Positions 1-13,136 of a stretch of DNA of 64,000 nt are shown here, piece after piece. Where the stretch lies: assembly GCF_009914755.1 (NCBI RefSeq), contig NC_060947.1; one strand, written 5' to 3'. The notes below the pieces were generated by a model, which saw only the letters and a program-made list of their open reading frames with translations, was not told the origin of the DNA and made no database searches. The translations under genes were made by a program, and so were the position numbers. The number at the start of each line of letters is the position of its first letter. The stretch's first letter is position 1. This DNA is from the human T2T-CHM13v2.0 reference genome, Homo sapiens.

Positions 1-1194
1 CTCTACAAAACAAATATTTCAATGCTCAAATAAGAAGGAAGAAACTATTAAATAGATACTTGAATCCCTAACATTTTATCTCTAGATCTTTGATTTGGCT
101 GCAATCCAATAAATAGTATCTAAAATATTTGCCTTTCCTATTTATCATATTGTTCGTCTCTTGTAATTTCCCACATAAAATAAGTGAGCAGTCATGTGTC
201 AATACAATTTTAATCAAGTTGTACCCACAGCAACAAGCCATAATCACTAGCTGGTGTTTGTTAAAGCCTTCAATAACTAGTGGGCTAAGATTCCAAGAAA
301 CCTGATATTAAAAGCAGTTTTGGATCTTAGATACTATTTTCACCTCTCAAAATTGTCTACTTATATAGCAAGCAGGAAACCTATTGAGATTGTGTCAAAA
401 GGCTGGGAAATTAATGGAATAATTGATTCATTTCTTAACTGCAAAGAAAAAGTAAAATATTGTATTCTTTAAATATATTTATTGATTGTATTGATTGGTT
501 GATATTTGAGTAGACACTATGACATTTTCTATAAACTACCTATTACAGAACAATCATCAGATGTGTTCTTAAGATCTTCTGTTCTTGATAATAAGATTAA
601 AGAAGGTTGGTTGCATGTTTCAGTAGTCTTGAGTTTTTCCAAAAATTAGTTAGCAATAATAACTACTTTCTCCTTCTTACTCATTAGTTATAATCACAAG
701 GGAAAGTAGAATGGTTGATTTGGGAGTGACACAATGTTTTCAGGCATCATGCCATAATTACTAGATTTCATTAAGGAAATTATAGGATAAATTGTATGAA
801 TGGGATATGGAATCTGTTATCTTTGGAAAGATATGCTTTCTCTTCTCTCCCCAAGGATTGCTGGCATTTCTCAAAGTGCTTATTTTCCTTGAGGAGTAAT
901 GTTTTCTTTTGCATGATGTTCAACATATAAGTCTTTGTATCTTACCTAGGGGTCTCTCCATTTTCATAATACCCAGGCTCATTCACAAATATAGACACTC
1001 TTCTAGTACTTTACCATTTTAAAGTCAACAAGTAAATCTACTTCACTCTAATTGGAATCTCTAATTCACTATAATCTCTCTAATTTGCACCAATATGTGG
1101 GTCAACTCATTGTATATTATGTCATAAAGTTACCAAGATTTTAAGGGTCTTAAATTAAAAAAACAAACACATTCTTGTTATTTTCAGTACAGCA

Positions 1195-1350
1195 GCCATT
1201 TCCTGAGCCATTATATTGGGCCAAGCACTTTGCTAGGTGTTGAGATACAAAGATAAAAAGACATAGTTGCTGCCCTAAACATGCTCACAAGCTGATGGAC
1301 AAAACAGACATGGAAACATTTAGCTTCTAAGGGTGGTAAGTGCAGAGAGA
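1195..1350 (-). mobile_element. L2 LINE 3' fragment
   Basis: 'gccaagcactttgctaggtgttgagatacaaagataaaaagacatagttgctgccct..atgctcaca' resembles the antisense L2 3' region. Confidence 0.65.
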
Positions 1351-1661
1351 TGCAAAGGTTGTTAGAAGAGCAATCTCTTATTCCAGGTGAGAATCTGTTA
1401 TGCAACCCAACCTATTATTTCAACATTCAGCACAAAATAACAATAATAACTTCTGATATCCTGTGGAGATTGAACAAAGCCTCGATTACCCCCACCCCCT
1501 CAAATCACTCTCCTCCAGTACCTCTGCCTGTTAGATGTTGCTATATTTTGTCTGATAACTGTAGGTTTCCTTCCTTTTATTCTACCTAAAAGACCAGTTT
1601 TAAGGGTCAAGCCCTAAATTAGATATACATATTTATTTTAGGAGGAAGGTTTTATTTTTCA

Positions 1662-1770
1662 CTTTTGTGAGGTGTTATTATTATTACATATCATGAATGA
1701 GGAAATTGACACTCAATGAAGAAAACTTCGAAAACCACACAACTGATAAGTGGCAGAGTGGGGCCTTAAG
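1662..1770 (-). mobile_element. MIR SINE fragment
   Basis: Degenerate antisense MIR core: 'atgaggaaattgacactca...cacacaactgataagtggcagag'. Confidence 0.65.
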
Positions 1771-1967
1771 ATATAGGAGAGTTCTTAATCATGACACAAG
1801 AATTTTCCAAACTTTGGTCTTTTGGGTACCACTTTCATGATTTTGATATATCTATGTTAACATCTATTATTTACTTAATTAATAAAACCAGGCTCCCCTC
1901 CTTTGTAGAACCCTTAATCTTATCCTAGGCAATAGAATCTGAGTAATCACAATTTTCTGGTGCTAGC

Positions 1968-2059
1968 TATATATATATATATATACATATATATGTATAT
2001 ATATATATATACACACATACATATATGTGTGTGTGTGTGTGTGAGTGTGTGTGTGTATA
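1968..2059. repeat. Compound (TA)n/(CA)n/(TG)n microsatellite
   Basis: Dinucleotide runs read directly. Confidence 0.95.
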
Positions 2060-2085
2060 CCCATAAAATGAAGTTAATATGTAAC

Positions 2086-2385
<300 letters not shown>

Positions 2386-4114
2386 TAATTACTAACATAA
2401 AAAAAATTGGTCCATGTATCACCTAAAATAATGTTACATATCACAATAGTATACATGCCATAGTTTTGGACCCTGCCTTACTCTATACTATTTGTATAGT
2501 TAGTTTACCATGATTGTATGCAAATTTGGTAGTGGATATATCTGATTAAACTTGGGTAATTAGGTGCTACATCGTTTTATCTTTTCCAGAAGAGATTAAT
2601 GTACAGAACAATAAAGACTATCCAACAAAGTGACTATGGCTCCGATATAAGAGAAAGTGATAGGTGACTGGTGGAACAATAACCAGTGGGGAAATGGCTT
2701 ATTAAGAAGAAAATTTGAATTATGGAGAGAATGGTTTTCACTGGAAAATGGCTAAGGGGAGGAAACTTGGATCAAAACACTTAGAAAATAGGCAGTATTG
2801 AAGGACTTGGAGTTTTGTACCAGTGATTGGTGTTATTTTTATGATCAATTGTAAAACAAAGCAAGCCTCTTGTATTGCAGTGCCATTGTGACTCACTTTG
2901 AGGAAATGTATGTAAAATCGGGAGCATCAGTGTTTCTGACACCACTGCCATTTCACTTGAGAGACTCCCAGGACCTCAGGTGCTGGCAGCATAGACACAG
3001 AGTAAATGGTCAGCTGGCCACCTGGTGGTTCCAATGGCCAACAGAACAGTTTGTGTGCGTGAGCAAGCTTGAGTTGTTATCATCTCTGTCTCTCTGGGAT
3101 AAGACGATGATTATAGATATTTATGAGGAGTGCATGCTTGAGCTCTGGTGGACTCTATTCAGCTTAAACATGAGTTGTTGCTGTTGTTGTTTTCAATTTG
3201 TACCATTAACAAAAAACATTTAAGAATAAACCATAAGATTAAGGATGAAACCAGAAGGTTTGTGGTGAAATCCAATAAGGCAGTATCAACATTTTGTGCT
3301 AATTGGTTTTAACCAGCAATCAAAGAGGCCAGATGGCCTCCTTTGGGAAGAAGAGCACTACATTTCAGGGAAATATATGCTTGTCCTTCTTCATAAATAT
3401 TCGTACTCTCGTTCCTGCCAACATCATCATTTTTCATTTTCTCTGTTCCACAACAACCCAGATTTCATTTGCATGTTTTAAGAATATGATATAGGTATTA
3501 AAATATCAATCTGAGGAATTTTTTTCATTAAGATACTAGTTTTATGAACCTGAATTCTGGTGTAGTTATATAAATTGGGAAAATGTCACTCTTTGTGATA
3601 TATTCAGGACAATTTAGAAACAAACTCCAGAAACTGACAGTATGATATTAAGTTTTTGTGATCTGGAGCCATTTTTAGCAAAATCTCTGGAGTAAGAGCT
3701 ATGAAATTAAATGTCAGATGTGGATCTAGTCAACAGGATAAGGTTTGTGGGGAGGGGTCTGGAAAGACTTGAGAATTTAGGAAGAAAGGTGGAGTAGTAT
3801 GTAGCATGAGAGATGGGTTCAAACTGTCAGATTGAGTTGTAGGTTTCCATATGTAGTTCTGTTTGTATGCTCAAAAAATGAGCTCATTTCCATCATCTAG
3901 GCTCTTCTCTAATTTATCCCGTTTGGTTTGTGTTAAAAAATAATTTGGCCATATGCCATCATCCATTTTATATGTTCCCTTTATATTTTGCAAATTTTTT
4001 TCTATTACACTTACTATGTTCTGTTCAAAACAGCGCAGATGAGATGTACTACTATTTCCATGCCTATATCACAAATACCAGACTCAAGAGAACATGCATC
4101 CATATTGATTATTA

Positions 4115-4250
4115 ATCTAAAATATTTATTAAGCATCAACTCTTTCCAAAGTGCCAAATAGGATTATACATAGGACTAAAAAGAAGCCACACTTCCTTAC
4201 TTGTATTATTTGCAATCTAGCTTGGCAGACAAGGAATCAATCCATAAAAA
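4115..4250 (-). mobile_element. L2 3'-end fragment
   Basis: 'aaatatttattaagcatc...tgcaatctagcttggcagacaag' resembles the antisense L2 terminus. Confidence 0.5.
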
Positions 4251-4289
4251 GCCAAGCAGTATATACTCTAAAATATAGTCTATTCTTTT

Positions 4290-4920
4290 AAAAAATATTT
4301 CAAACAAATATATCAGAACTCAGCTAAATTATTTATCACAACTTCTGTGGGGTAAGTTTCGACTTTATAAACTTATTCCAAAGTGTTTATCATTATTCAA
4401 AAGAATCTTTGGAAATCCTGCTTGATATTGCCTTTAGAGCCTGTGATCCATTTCTGGAATTTCTTCAGAGGCCAAAAACATTTCTACTGTGAAGGTGAAA
4501 TTGATTTCAGGAAACCTTTAAGAGTCATTTGGAGCCAGAACTGGTGAGTAAGAAAGCCAAACAAAATGAGTGATGCCGTTTTGCCGTTAAATTGACGTAT
4601 ACCCAGAAATCAATAAGACTGGTTTTCTTGGGTGGTTTGGAAAGTGACTTTGAAAGAAGTTTCCCTATATGACTTTCTGTTTGTTTGCTTCTTCTAATGG
4701 AGACATCATTGTTACAGGTGGACAACCTTCTAGTTATCAACAGGCAGTTCCCAATCTGGATACTATTATTTTCAAAGAAACCAGAGAATTTCCTCATACA
4801 AAGAATTGTGGTTTGATCTCCAGAGCAGATCATTGAAGTCTATTTAATCCTGCATCACAGCTGAAGAAGGTGATAACATTCCTGCCTCACTGCTTTTGAA
4901 ATGTGACTTGGCTTTTTCTT
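4290..4920. mobile_element. Probable mariner-type DNA transposon relic (MARNA-like)
   Basis: Motifs 'tttggaaatcctgcttgatattgcctttagagcc' and 'gtcatttggagccagaactggtgagtaag' recall MARNA; very diverged. Confidence 0.4.
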
Positions 4921-4927
4921 GAATATA

Positions 4928-5290
4928 CAGATAATCCCTGACTTATAATAGTTCAACTTAAGATGTTTTTACTTTGGTACAAAAGTGATACAGATTTAGA
5001 AGAAACCATACTTCAAGTAGCCATACAACCATCCCATTTTTCACTTTTGGTGCAGTATTCAATAAATTACATGAGATAGTCAACACTTTATTATAAAATA
5101 AACTTTGTGTTAAATGACTTTGCCCAACTGTAGGCTAATGAAAGTGTTCTGAGCACATTTAAGGCAGGCTAGGCTAAGTTATGGTATTTGGTAGGTTAGA
5201 TGTATTAAATGCATTTTTTGCTTGTGATATTCTCAACCTACAATGGGTTTATTGGGAGATAACCCCATGGTATGTCAAGGAGTATTTATC
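4928..5290 (-). mobile_element. MER47A (Tigger-family MITE)
   Basis: Internal 'tttgcccaactgtaggctaatg..tgttctgagcacatttaaggcaggctaggctaag' with TIR-like ends ('cagataatccctgacttat' ... 'gtatgtcaaggagtatt'). Confidence 0.85.
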
Positions 5291-5344
5291 TATGTATCAT
5301 CTGTCTACATATCTACCTACACACCTATGTACCTATCTATCTAT

Positions 5345-5776
5345 CTAGAAAAAGAAATTGGCTCATGCAATTATGGAGGATAAGTCCAAAGATCTGCAGG
5401 GTAAGTCAGCAAGCTGGAGACCTAGGATAGCCAATAGTGAGGATCCAGTCTGAAGACCAAGGAAGAGCTGATATTTCACTTTGAGTCCAAAGGTGGAAAA
5501 ACAAACAAACAAACAATGTCTCAGTTCAAAAACAGTCAGACAGGAGCAATTTTCTCTTACTTGCAAAAGGGTCAACTTTTTGTTCTATTCAGAATTTCAG
5601 CTGATTTGATGAGGACCACCCTCATTAGGGAGAGCAATCTGTTTTACTCAGTCTATCAATTTGAGTGTTAATACCATCTGAAAACCCCCTCACAGAAATA
5701 TTGAGAATAATGTTTGACAAAAATATCTGGGCACCCTGTGATCCAGTCAAGCTGACACCTAAAATTAACCATCACA
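5345..5776 (-). mobile_element. MLT2-family (ERVL) LTR, partial
   Basis: Ends with 'ccagtcaagctgacacctaaaattaaccatcaca', the reverse complement of the MLT2 start; internal 'aattggctcatgcaattatggagg..aagtccaaagatctgcag'. Confidence 0.85.
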
Positions 5777-8658
5777 GGAAGTAAAAATAAGGGAAGTTAA
5801 AATAGAGAACTTCAATTTCCTATGAAAGATAAAATGAAAGGCCACATTTGTTGAGAAAGTTATAAATTGAACTGAGGGCATAAAAGCCACAAAAGACAGT
5901 GGGATACTAGGCAAATAATTTTAACACTATGCTATGTATAACTGAGGCTTTCCTTTTTATAATTCTGAAAAACTTTCATTTGACACCATCTCCTCTATCA
6001 CCTTATCTCAGTTTCTATGCCTGAACATGGGAACTCCCACTCATAAGATAAAATGAGGTTGGCCATGTCTATTATTATTACTTTTCCCCCTTGATGTTTA
6101 TGTATGATAAGATTTTTCTTAAAAGGTCTTCATAGTGAAGCTTTCATTCAACAGGACTTAAGGACCTATCTCAGAGATATGGATGAATATGAACAGTGAC
6201 AAACACTCATTTTAAATACAAATTAACCAAAAGACCACGTGACTCTAGTAATAGAACCACTATTTATTGCTAAAATTACTCCTTAGACTCTCTAGGAATA
6301 CCTGAGTCGATGGAATGTTTTCATATTTTCCAATCTGATTCAACATTTGGCTTGGCTATAAAATGTCATTATTCATATTATTAAAAGTGTTCTCCAAATA
6401 ACTACTCACTGGAGTCTTTCTGTACTCCAGGACCAGGTTTGATTATTGCTATTAATATTGATTGTGATTTCTAGTGTTAACCACACTAGAAATAGAATAG
6501 AAATAGAATAACCACTTATTTTGTGAGCATTTTGCTGTGGTCATTCTTAATTGACTAACTGGCTGCACATAATTGTCTCTAGTATAGCATTATTGGACAT
6601 TTGAACCTATACTTCAGAAGGTATGGTTTATCAGGTATGGAATTTTTAGTAATATGGAAGCATACAATGAATAAAAACTGTTCTTAAATTCAAGCTATCA
6701 TGTTGTGGACCAGTCACCATTAGCCAAATTGACAGGACAGGACAATTTCTTAAATTTTGTATGGTTTCCAGGCTGAGTTTGGCAAGTGTTGCAGTTACAG
6801 GAGCATTGCTGCAACCAGGACAAGACAACCAGGAGGATTCTGCTCATACTTTTCCCTTAACTCCAGCCCAAAAAGAGAACATCAGTCTTGGCCTAAGTCT
6901 CCAAATTTTTCTTGCAAGTCTAGGATCAGGGACTCAAAACCCATAAAGAACACTTATGAATTCCTTGTTTATATGTTGTTGTTCACAAAATTATCTTTGT
7001 TGGTTTAATTTAAGTATTATAATGTGTAAGGCCTTCCAAAGCCCTTCATGGCTTATCTCTAACTTGACACAGCATAACTTGACTCTTGACTGGACCTCAA
7101 TGTGGGACTTATGGTGATTTGACCACTCACTGAAAGGTTCCCCATATCAAGATGGTATAGGCTGGACCAGGATGGGTCATGTGATCGTCCTATTTTTAAT
7201 TCACTTATTAAACAAGTTTTATTGTCGATTTCCACTAATGGCTAATATTTTGCATAATATCTGTTGCAAAGATGTGCAATCTGTTTCCAGAAAGTAACCA
7301 ACACAGGAGTGAGGCTAGAATCACTAAAATATTTGTTCTCGGGTATGCACTTCTTCATTAAAGCCTGTAGAATAACCTGTATTCCATTATTAGCATTTAG
7401 ATTTGGTTGTAAAGATCCCTAAGGGCCTCTGTGTACCATGTCTTCTGTGCTCTCCACAAAAGGTATTCTTTGCAAACATCAAAGGCAACAGTGATGAATG
7501 GCATGCACCTAATGCATAAAATCTCACTCCCACATCTATTTGAAAAGGCTCACTCCCACGGCCTACTTTTCTTTCATGTACCCATACAATATCAATCTGG
7601 ACAATACAGGCTGAAAACAACCACATAACAATCCAAGGTAATTCATGTAAGAGCAGAAGCTTTTTGACTAAATTACCCAGGTAATGGCATATGTGTAAAG
7701 ATGGTGCTAGGGACATTTCTTTTGGGAGACAGACAATTATATTATCCAATTCTATTGGCATTATTAGTGTCATTAGAAATATGGTGTGCTTAATACTCAA
7801 AGATTATTGAAAATCTTTCTCTTTTATCTGTATGTGGCCAGCCTTCATATTTCAACATCTTGGAAAGGTAACTCAATTTTAGAGCTCAGAGGAAATGTTT
7901 AGATGGGGCGAAGAACAGATATAACAATTGTTGCTTCTGGAAAAGAATGCAAAATGAAGTGCTTCTCATGATGTCGTAATAGTATAGTTGTAAGTCAATT
8001 TTTTATGTAAAACAATGTGAGGATCAAAAATATGTTATTTAGAGCCAAATGCTCCCAAAACTTGTCTATTTTAAAGGCCAAAGACTGAACAAGGGGCAAC
8101 ACCCTAAACAAGAACATAATAGTAAATTCATTAATTTATTTTTTCACATTTTGTTTCTATTACCCAAGGCAATTGTCTAGGTAAAGCTTTCTACTCTGAT
8201 TAACACTATGAATATCTAAAAGTGTGAGCCTGGTATTTTGGTGTAAAATATAAAACTAGTAATATATAGATATATGTGAATTTCTAACATCCTGCTGGAC
8301 ATCACTGCAATTTTCAGTCAGAATCTACAACTCAATGTGTCCAGAAAGAAACTGACAACCTGCTGCTCTCTCCCTTCCTCTTCCCACCCACTGATTTTAC
8401 CTTATTATATTGAGTTCAGAGGATCTCCAACTAGTTTATTAGATCAGAATTTTGCTTTATTAGAGCTTGTGCTGAGACTCCTATTCCTCCCCCTACACTG
8501 CATATATCAGAGATAAAATCTTGTCTATATATTGAGTTAGCAAGTGAAAAAAAATCTTTTGAAGCCAGAAGAGAAATGTGAGAAGTATTATGTATACAAC
8601 ATTCACCTCACCTCAGGATTTGTTTTATTTGTTTTTAGTGGTTTGAAAGGGTAAGTTT

Positions 8659-8661
<3 letters not shown>

Positions 8662-8700
<39 letters not shown>
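8662..8700. repeat. (GT)n microsatellite, about 19 uninterrupted units
   Basis: Read directly. Confidence 0.97.
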
Positions 8701-8702
<2 letters not shown>

Positions 8703-10142
8703 ATTTTGAGGGGGGATGTTTTGGGGAAATATTTTAAGAATTCCAATCTAAGAGTAACTGAATGGAAATTTTTACTTGACACCAGGACAAATGAGCACTA
8801 AATAGCTTACCTACAGTTCAGTTTAACTTTCTTCCTCTACTGAACATAGTGCAAACATCACAGGATCGGGTCTTTGTATACAGAAACATCACTGTAGATA
8901 ATTTATAAGACAAAATGATAAACAAAACAATATTACAACGTGCCATCTACCTGGGTGTAGAAATGGTTCTGTTATGCTGAATGTTTCCTAATAGTGACAT
9001 TTTGCCAATAGAGACCCTTAATTAAAGTGACAAATAATAACATTACCTGTTGAAGGCTAAGCACAATTGTCCATTGTTCTTTTCTTCCATCACTTGCCTA
9101 TGCAAATTTTCTGTTTAAAGACAGCTTCCTGTAATATTTCTACAGAGCCTGGTTAAAGAGTGAAAATGTGAGGTTAAGAGACTGACATGTAATCAGACAG
9201 TCTGAGGAAGCAGCATATATATACAGATTTCACTGGTTTGCAATTTTATTAAAGGAATCAGAGTAGGCTCCTACTGGTTGAAATTTCATATTGCATAAGG
9301 ATGGGCTAGAAAAATATTCTGGAGATAGGTGTCGACAGTTGGATTTATGAGTTAATCACTGATTTTCTTCAGAAGTGAAAGATAGTGGAGGATGTACTTT
9401 CAAAAATAGAGAATTTTAAAGGCAGGATTTGGAAAGGGGAAGAGAGGAAGCTGGTTAGATAGATGAACAAAGGTTTAGCAAAAGATCAGGATAAAAATCT
9501 CCCAAATAACAGTGTCATCCCAAAGTAGCAAAGGAGAATGGCAGTGTGAGTTGGTCCAGAGTGGTATCTCTTTGAACCTATGACAGAATCAGCTTCCCCT
9601 TAAGCTCTAATGCTAGAACTTTCCATTGAGAAAATGGAGGCTGATGAGTGCCTTTGGCTCACAGCCGTGGACTGCATGTGTCACATTCTTGGCCAATCTT
9701 TGTGGGATGAAAAGAAATAAGAGATGGAAGCAAAGTGATGAGACAGTGAGCTTTTCAGATAAAGATAATAAGATTCCATTCTTGACAGCAAGCAATTTGG
9801 GACTCAGTGCAGAGGTCTGAAGAGAGAAAGTGTAAGGCGACCATGGTAATAAGAGTGAAGAATTTTAACAGAAACATTTTGAGCCATTTCAGATAGAGAA
9901 CATGTATTGGACATGAAGGAGAAAAAACACAGTAGCAAAGAAATAATTAAAATATAGATAATGGCTTTAGTTGCTTAGACAAAGAAGCAATGGAGGATAG
10001 GGAAACTGTAAAGGAAAATATTGAGATTTTGCAATGGCTTAAATCTTAGTTATGCCTTAATTGTCCCTTTATTGATGATAGAACAGGATGAGATTCCTTA
10101 GGACTTCTCACCCTTTCTCCTCATCCCAAGGAGAATTTAAAG

Positions 10143-10517
10143 CAGAGATTCTGAACCTGGGGCACATGGAATTCCCAAAAGTGTTTATAAGGTGACCCAT
10201 AAATTTGTAAGGAAAATATTTACATTTCATTTTCACTAATCTCTAATTGAAATATAACATTTCCTTTAATTAGGAACGTAGGCAATAAACTGCAGTGGAA
10301 TTAACCATATGTGTAATTTGTTTCCAGTAATAATCATAGATATTTGTGTATTATAGTTTTTATAGATATTTTGGAATATAATTTATATTCATCAGAATTT
10401 TGAAATTATAGCATTTATTAGACTTGTCCTTGTATCTTATTTAATGCATTAACAAATACATGTATTAATCATAAGTGTGTTTTTATAGAATTTTAAACTT
10501 TATTTCAATGTAATTGG
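10143..10517. mobile_element. Charlie4a-like hAT DNA transposon, one end missing
   Basis: 'ttacatttcattttcactaatctctaattgaaat...gtaggcaataaac...tatttcaatgtaattgg' follows the recalled consensus; stops where the L1 begins. Confidence 0.7.
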
Positions 10518-13098
10518 GGTACAACAGCATGAGTAGTTCCACTGAACCTCTCTCCAATTAAAATGGTGAAAATATATATAAAAGTAACAAAAATTATTTA
10601 AAGCATCTGGAAATGGTCATAAGGGCAAACAGATAATGAAGAAAAATGTATTCAAGAAAATCTGTGGAAAATTTCAAAAAAAGTCGTGCTATTTGAACCA
10701 AGACTGCTCTCTCCCTCTGCCCTCTAAATTTAGCAAAGGGAGATTCCACTCCAGACTACTGCAGCCAAGGATGCAGAGGTCTCTTTCCCTGTAGCTCCCA
10801 GCCTGAGTGCTTACTTTCCAAGAAGAGTAGCATGTCACTTTTTCTCATCCTGCCTCAGCTGCCTGTTGCTGATGCTGAGTCCTGGGCAGTGTGCAAAGAG
10901 ATGGTGGCTGCCTTCTTCTATCCAGCTCACACTTGTAGAACAGAGGCTCTATTTTGAACATGGCATTCTGAGAATACTGGACCCTTGATGGCCCTTGCAC
11001 TGATTCATGAGGTGATGATTCCACAAGAAAAGAGGCAAGCCAAGAGAACGTCAGTTACTACTACCTCCTCCACTGAACACTGAGCACTCAACTTCTAGAG
11101 TGGGGTGTCACTCAAAAAGAAGCTTACCACTGTTCCCACCTTAAGCTCAGGAGCCCATGCTCAGAGATTTTTCTGGGGAGGGGGGAGAAGCAGATCACAA
11201 AATATATAGCTCCTAATTTCTTTCCAAACGAAGCAACTTCCTTTACGACATAGAGAAGTTTAAACCTAAAAACAAGGAGGTTGTAGAGAAGGGAATTGGG
11301 AGGAGATTTGTGGATCTGATGTTGATACAGCCTACACTGTAGGTCACCTAGTTTTAAGGAAACATCTGGGGAATAAGATAGCTGGGAGCAACCATCATGG
11401 GGTGAGAACAAATATCAAACACTGACCTCAGAAATCATTCTGATTAGAGTATTTGTAGAGAAATCTCTGCCCCTGGGACATTTTTATAAATAACAGAGCA
11501 ATCAACAGGCAATTAATGGAGCATAACAACTGGGTATGGTCAGGAAAAGAACCGGAGAGCCTTACCTAACACTGATCACAGTGTGACTTTGAGGATACAC
11601 AAATCTCTGCCTCCCTAAGGAGAAATATCAAAGATTTAATACAGTGGAGGCAGAAAACAGACTCCACTAAACTCTTTAAGGGAGGGTAGTAACAAGAGTT
11701 GCTACAATATCTTACATAAAATGTTTAGTTTCCAATAAAAAATTATGAGGCATGCAAAGAAGTAGCAAAATATGACCCATGTGCCAGAAAAAAGGAGGCA
11801 AGACAAACTGCCTATAAGAGTAACTACAGGTTGAATGAACAGGAAAATGTTTCAAAGTAGTCATTATAAATATATTTACAGAACTAAGGGAAAGCTTAAT
11901 TTAAAAAGTAAAGGAAGATGTGATGACATATTACATCCAAATAAAGAATATCAATAAAGAAATAAAAATTTTCAAGAAGAATGAAGTTGAAATTCTGGAG
12001 TTGAAAGTAGAATAACAAAGATAAAAATAAATTTTAATAATGGGCTCAACAATAGATTTGAGCTGTCAAAATAAAGAATTTGAAAACTTCAAAATTTACA
12101 ATAGATCAACAGAGATAATGCAAGCCAAATAATAGAGAAGAGTGGAGGAAAATAAACAAAACTTCAGAGAAACATGAGATACAATGAAGCACACCAACAT
12201 ACACATAAAAGGAATGCCAGAAGAGGAGTAGAGAGAGAAAGAAACAGAAAATATTTGAAGAAATAATGGCTGAAAACTTCTCAAATTTATTAAAATGTAA
12301 TAACCTACACATTTGATGATCTCAAAGTAGGATAAATGCCAAAAGACCCACAAACAGATATACCATAGTAAAAGTGCTGAAAGTCAAAGACAAGGAAAAA
12401 ATCTTGAAATCAGTAAAAGGAAAACAACACTTCACTTATAAAAAGAACCCCAATAAGATCAACAGCTGACTTATTGTCAGAAACATTGGAGGCCTGCAGG
12501 TAGTGGGTTAACATATTCAAAGTGTTCAAAAAAAAAAACTGTCAACCAAGATTCCTATATTCAACAAAGCTGTTATTTCAAAACTAAATATTAAATACTT
12601 TCCCAGATAAACAAAACCAAGAGAATTTCTGCCAACAGAATTGCCTTACAAGAAATACTAAAGAAAAAAAAGCTTTTTTTCTTTAGTAAGAAAACATATT
12701 AAAGGCTGAAATATTTCAAAAGCAAGTGATTGCAGATAGTTATCAGAATTCACATGAGCAAATAAAGAATGCCAGTAAAGTTAATTATGCAATTATTAAA
12801 AATGCTATTAATATATTTCTTTTCTTCTTTTAACTGATTTAAAAGCAGTTGTTTAAAATAATATGTATGCAATGATTTGTTGGGCCTGTAACATATAGAA
12901 ATGTAATGTTTGTGTAATATATTTACCAATAACAACACAATGGAGGAGAGTGAGAGAAAAAGCTGTAATAGGCTAAGGAAATGACAATAGGTGGTAAAGC
13001 AATAATTATAACAATGTATAGTTAGGTTTGTACCATTGATAGATATGGTAACAATAACAGATATGGTAGCAATAATACCATAAGAGCTATATAGGTGT

Positions 13099-13136
<38 letters not shown>

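Noticed and set aside
6757-7008. Possible exon after 'tttccag' at ~6771
   Set aside because: Weak pyrimidine tract, no convincing donor, unrecognisable peptides.
7390-7800. 136-aa minus-strand ORF in unique DNA
   Set aside because: Non-ATG start, no recognisable domain or exon structure.
9300-10030. Purine-rich stretch resembling antisense L2/L3
   Set aside because: Too diverged to assign family or boundaries by eye.
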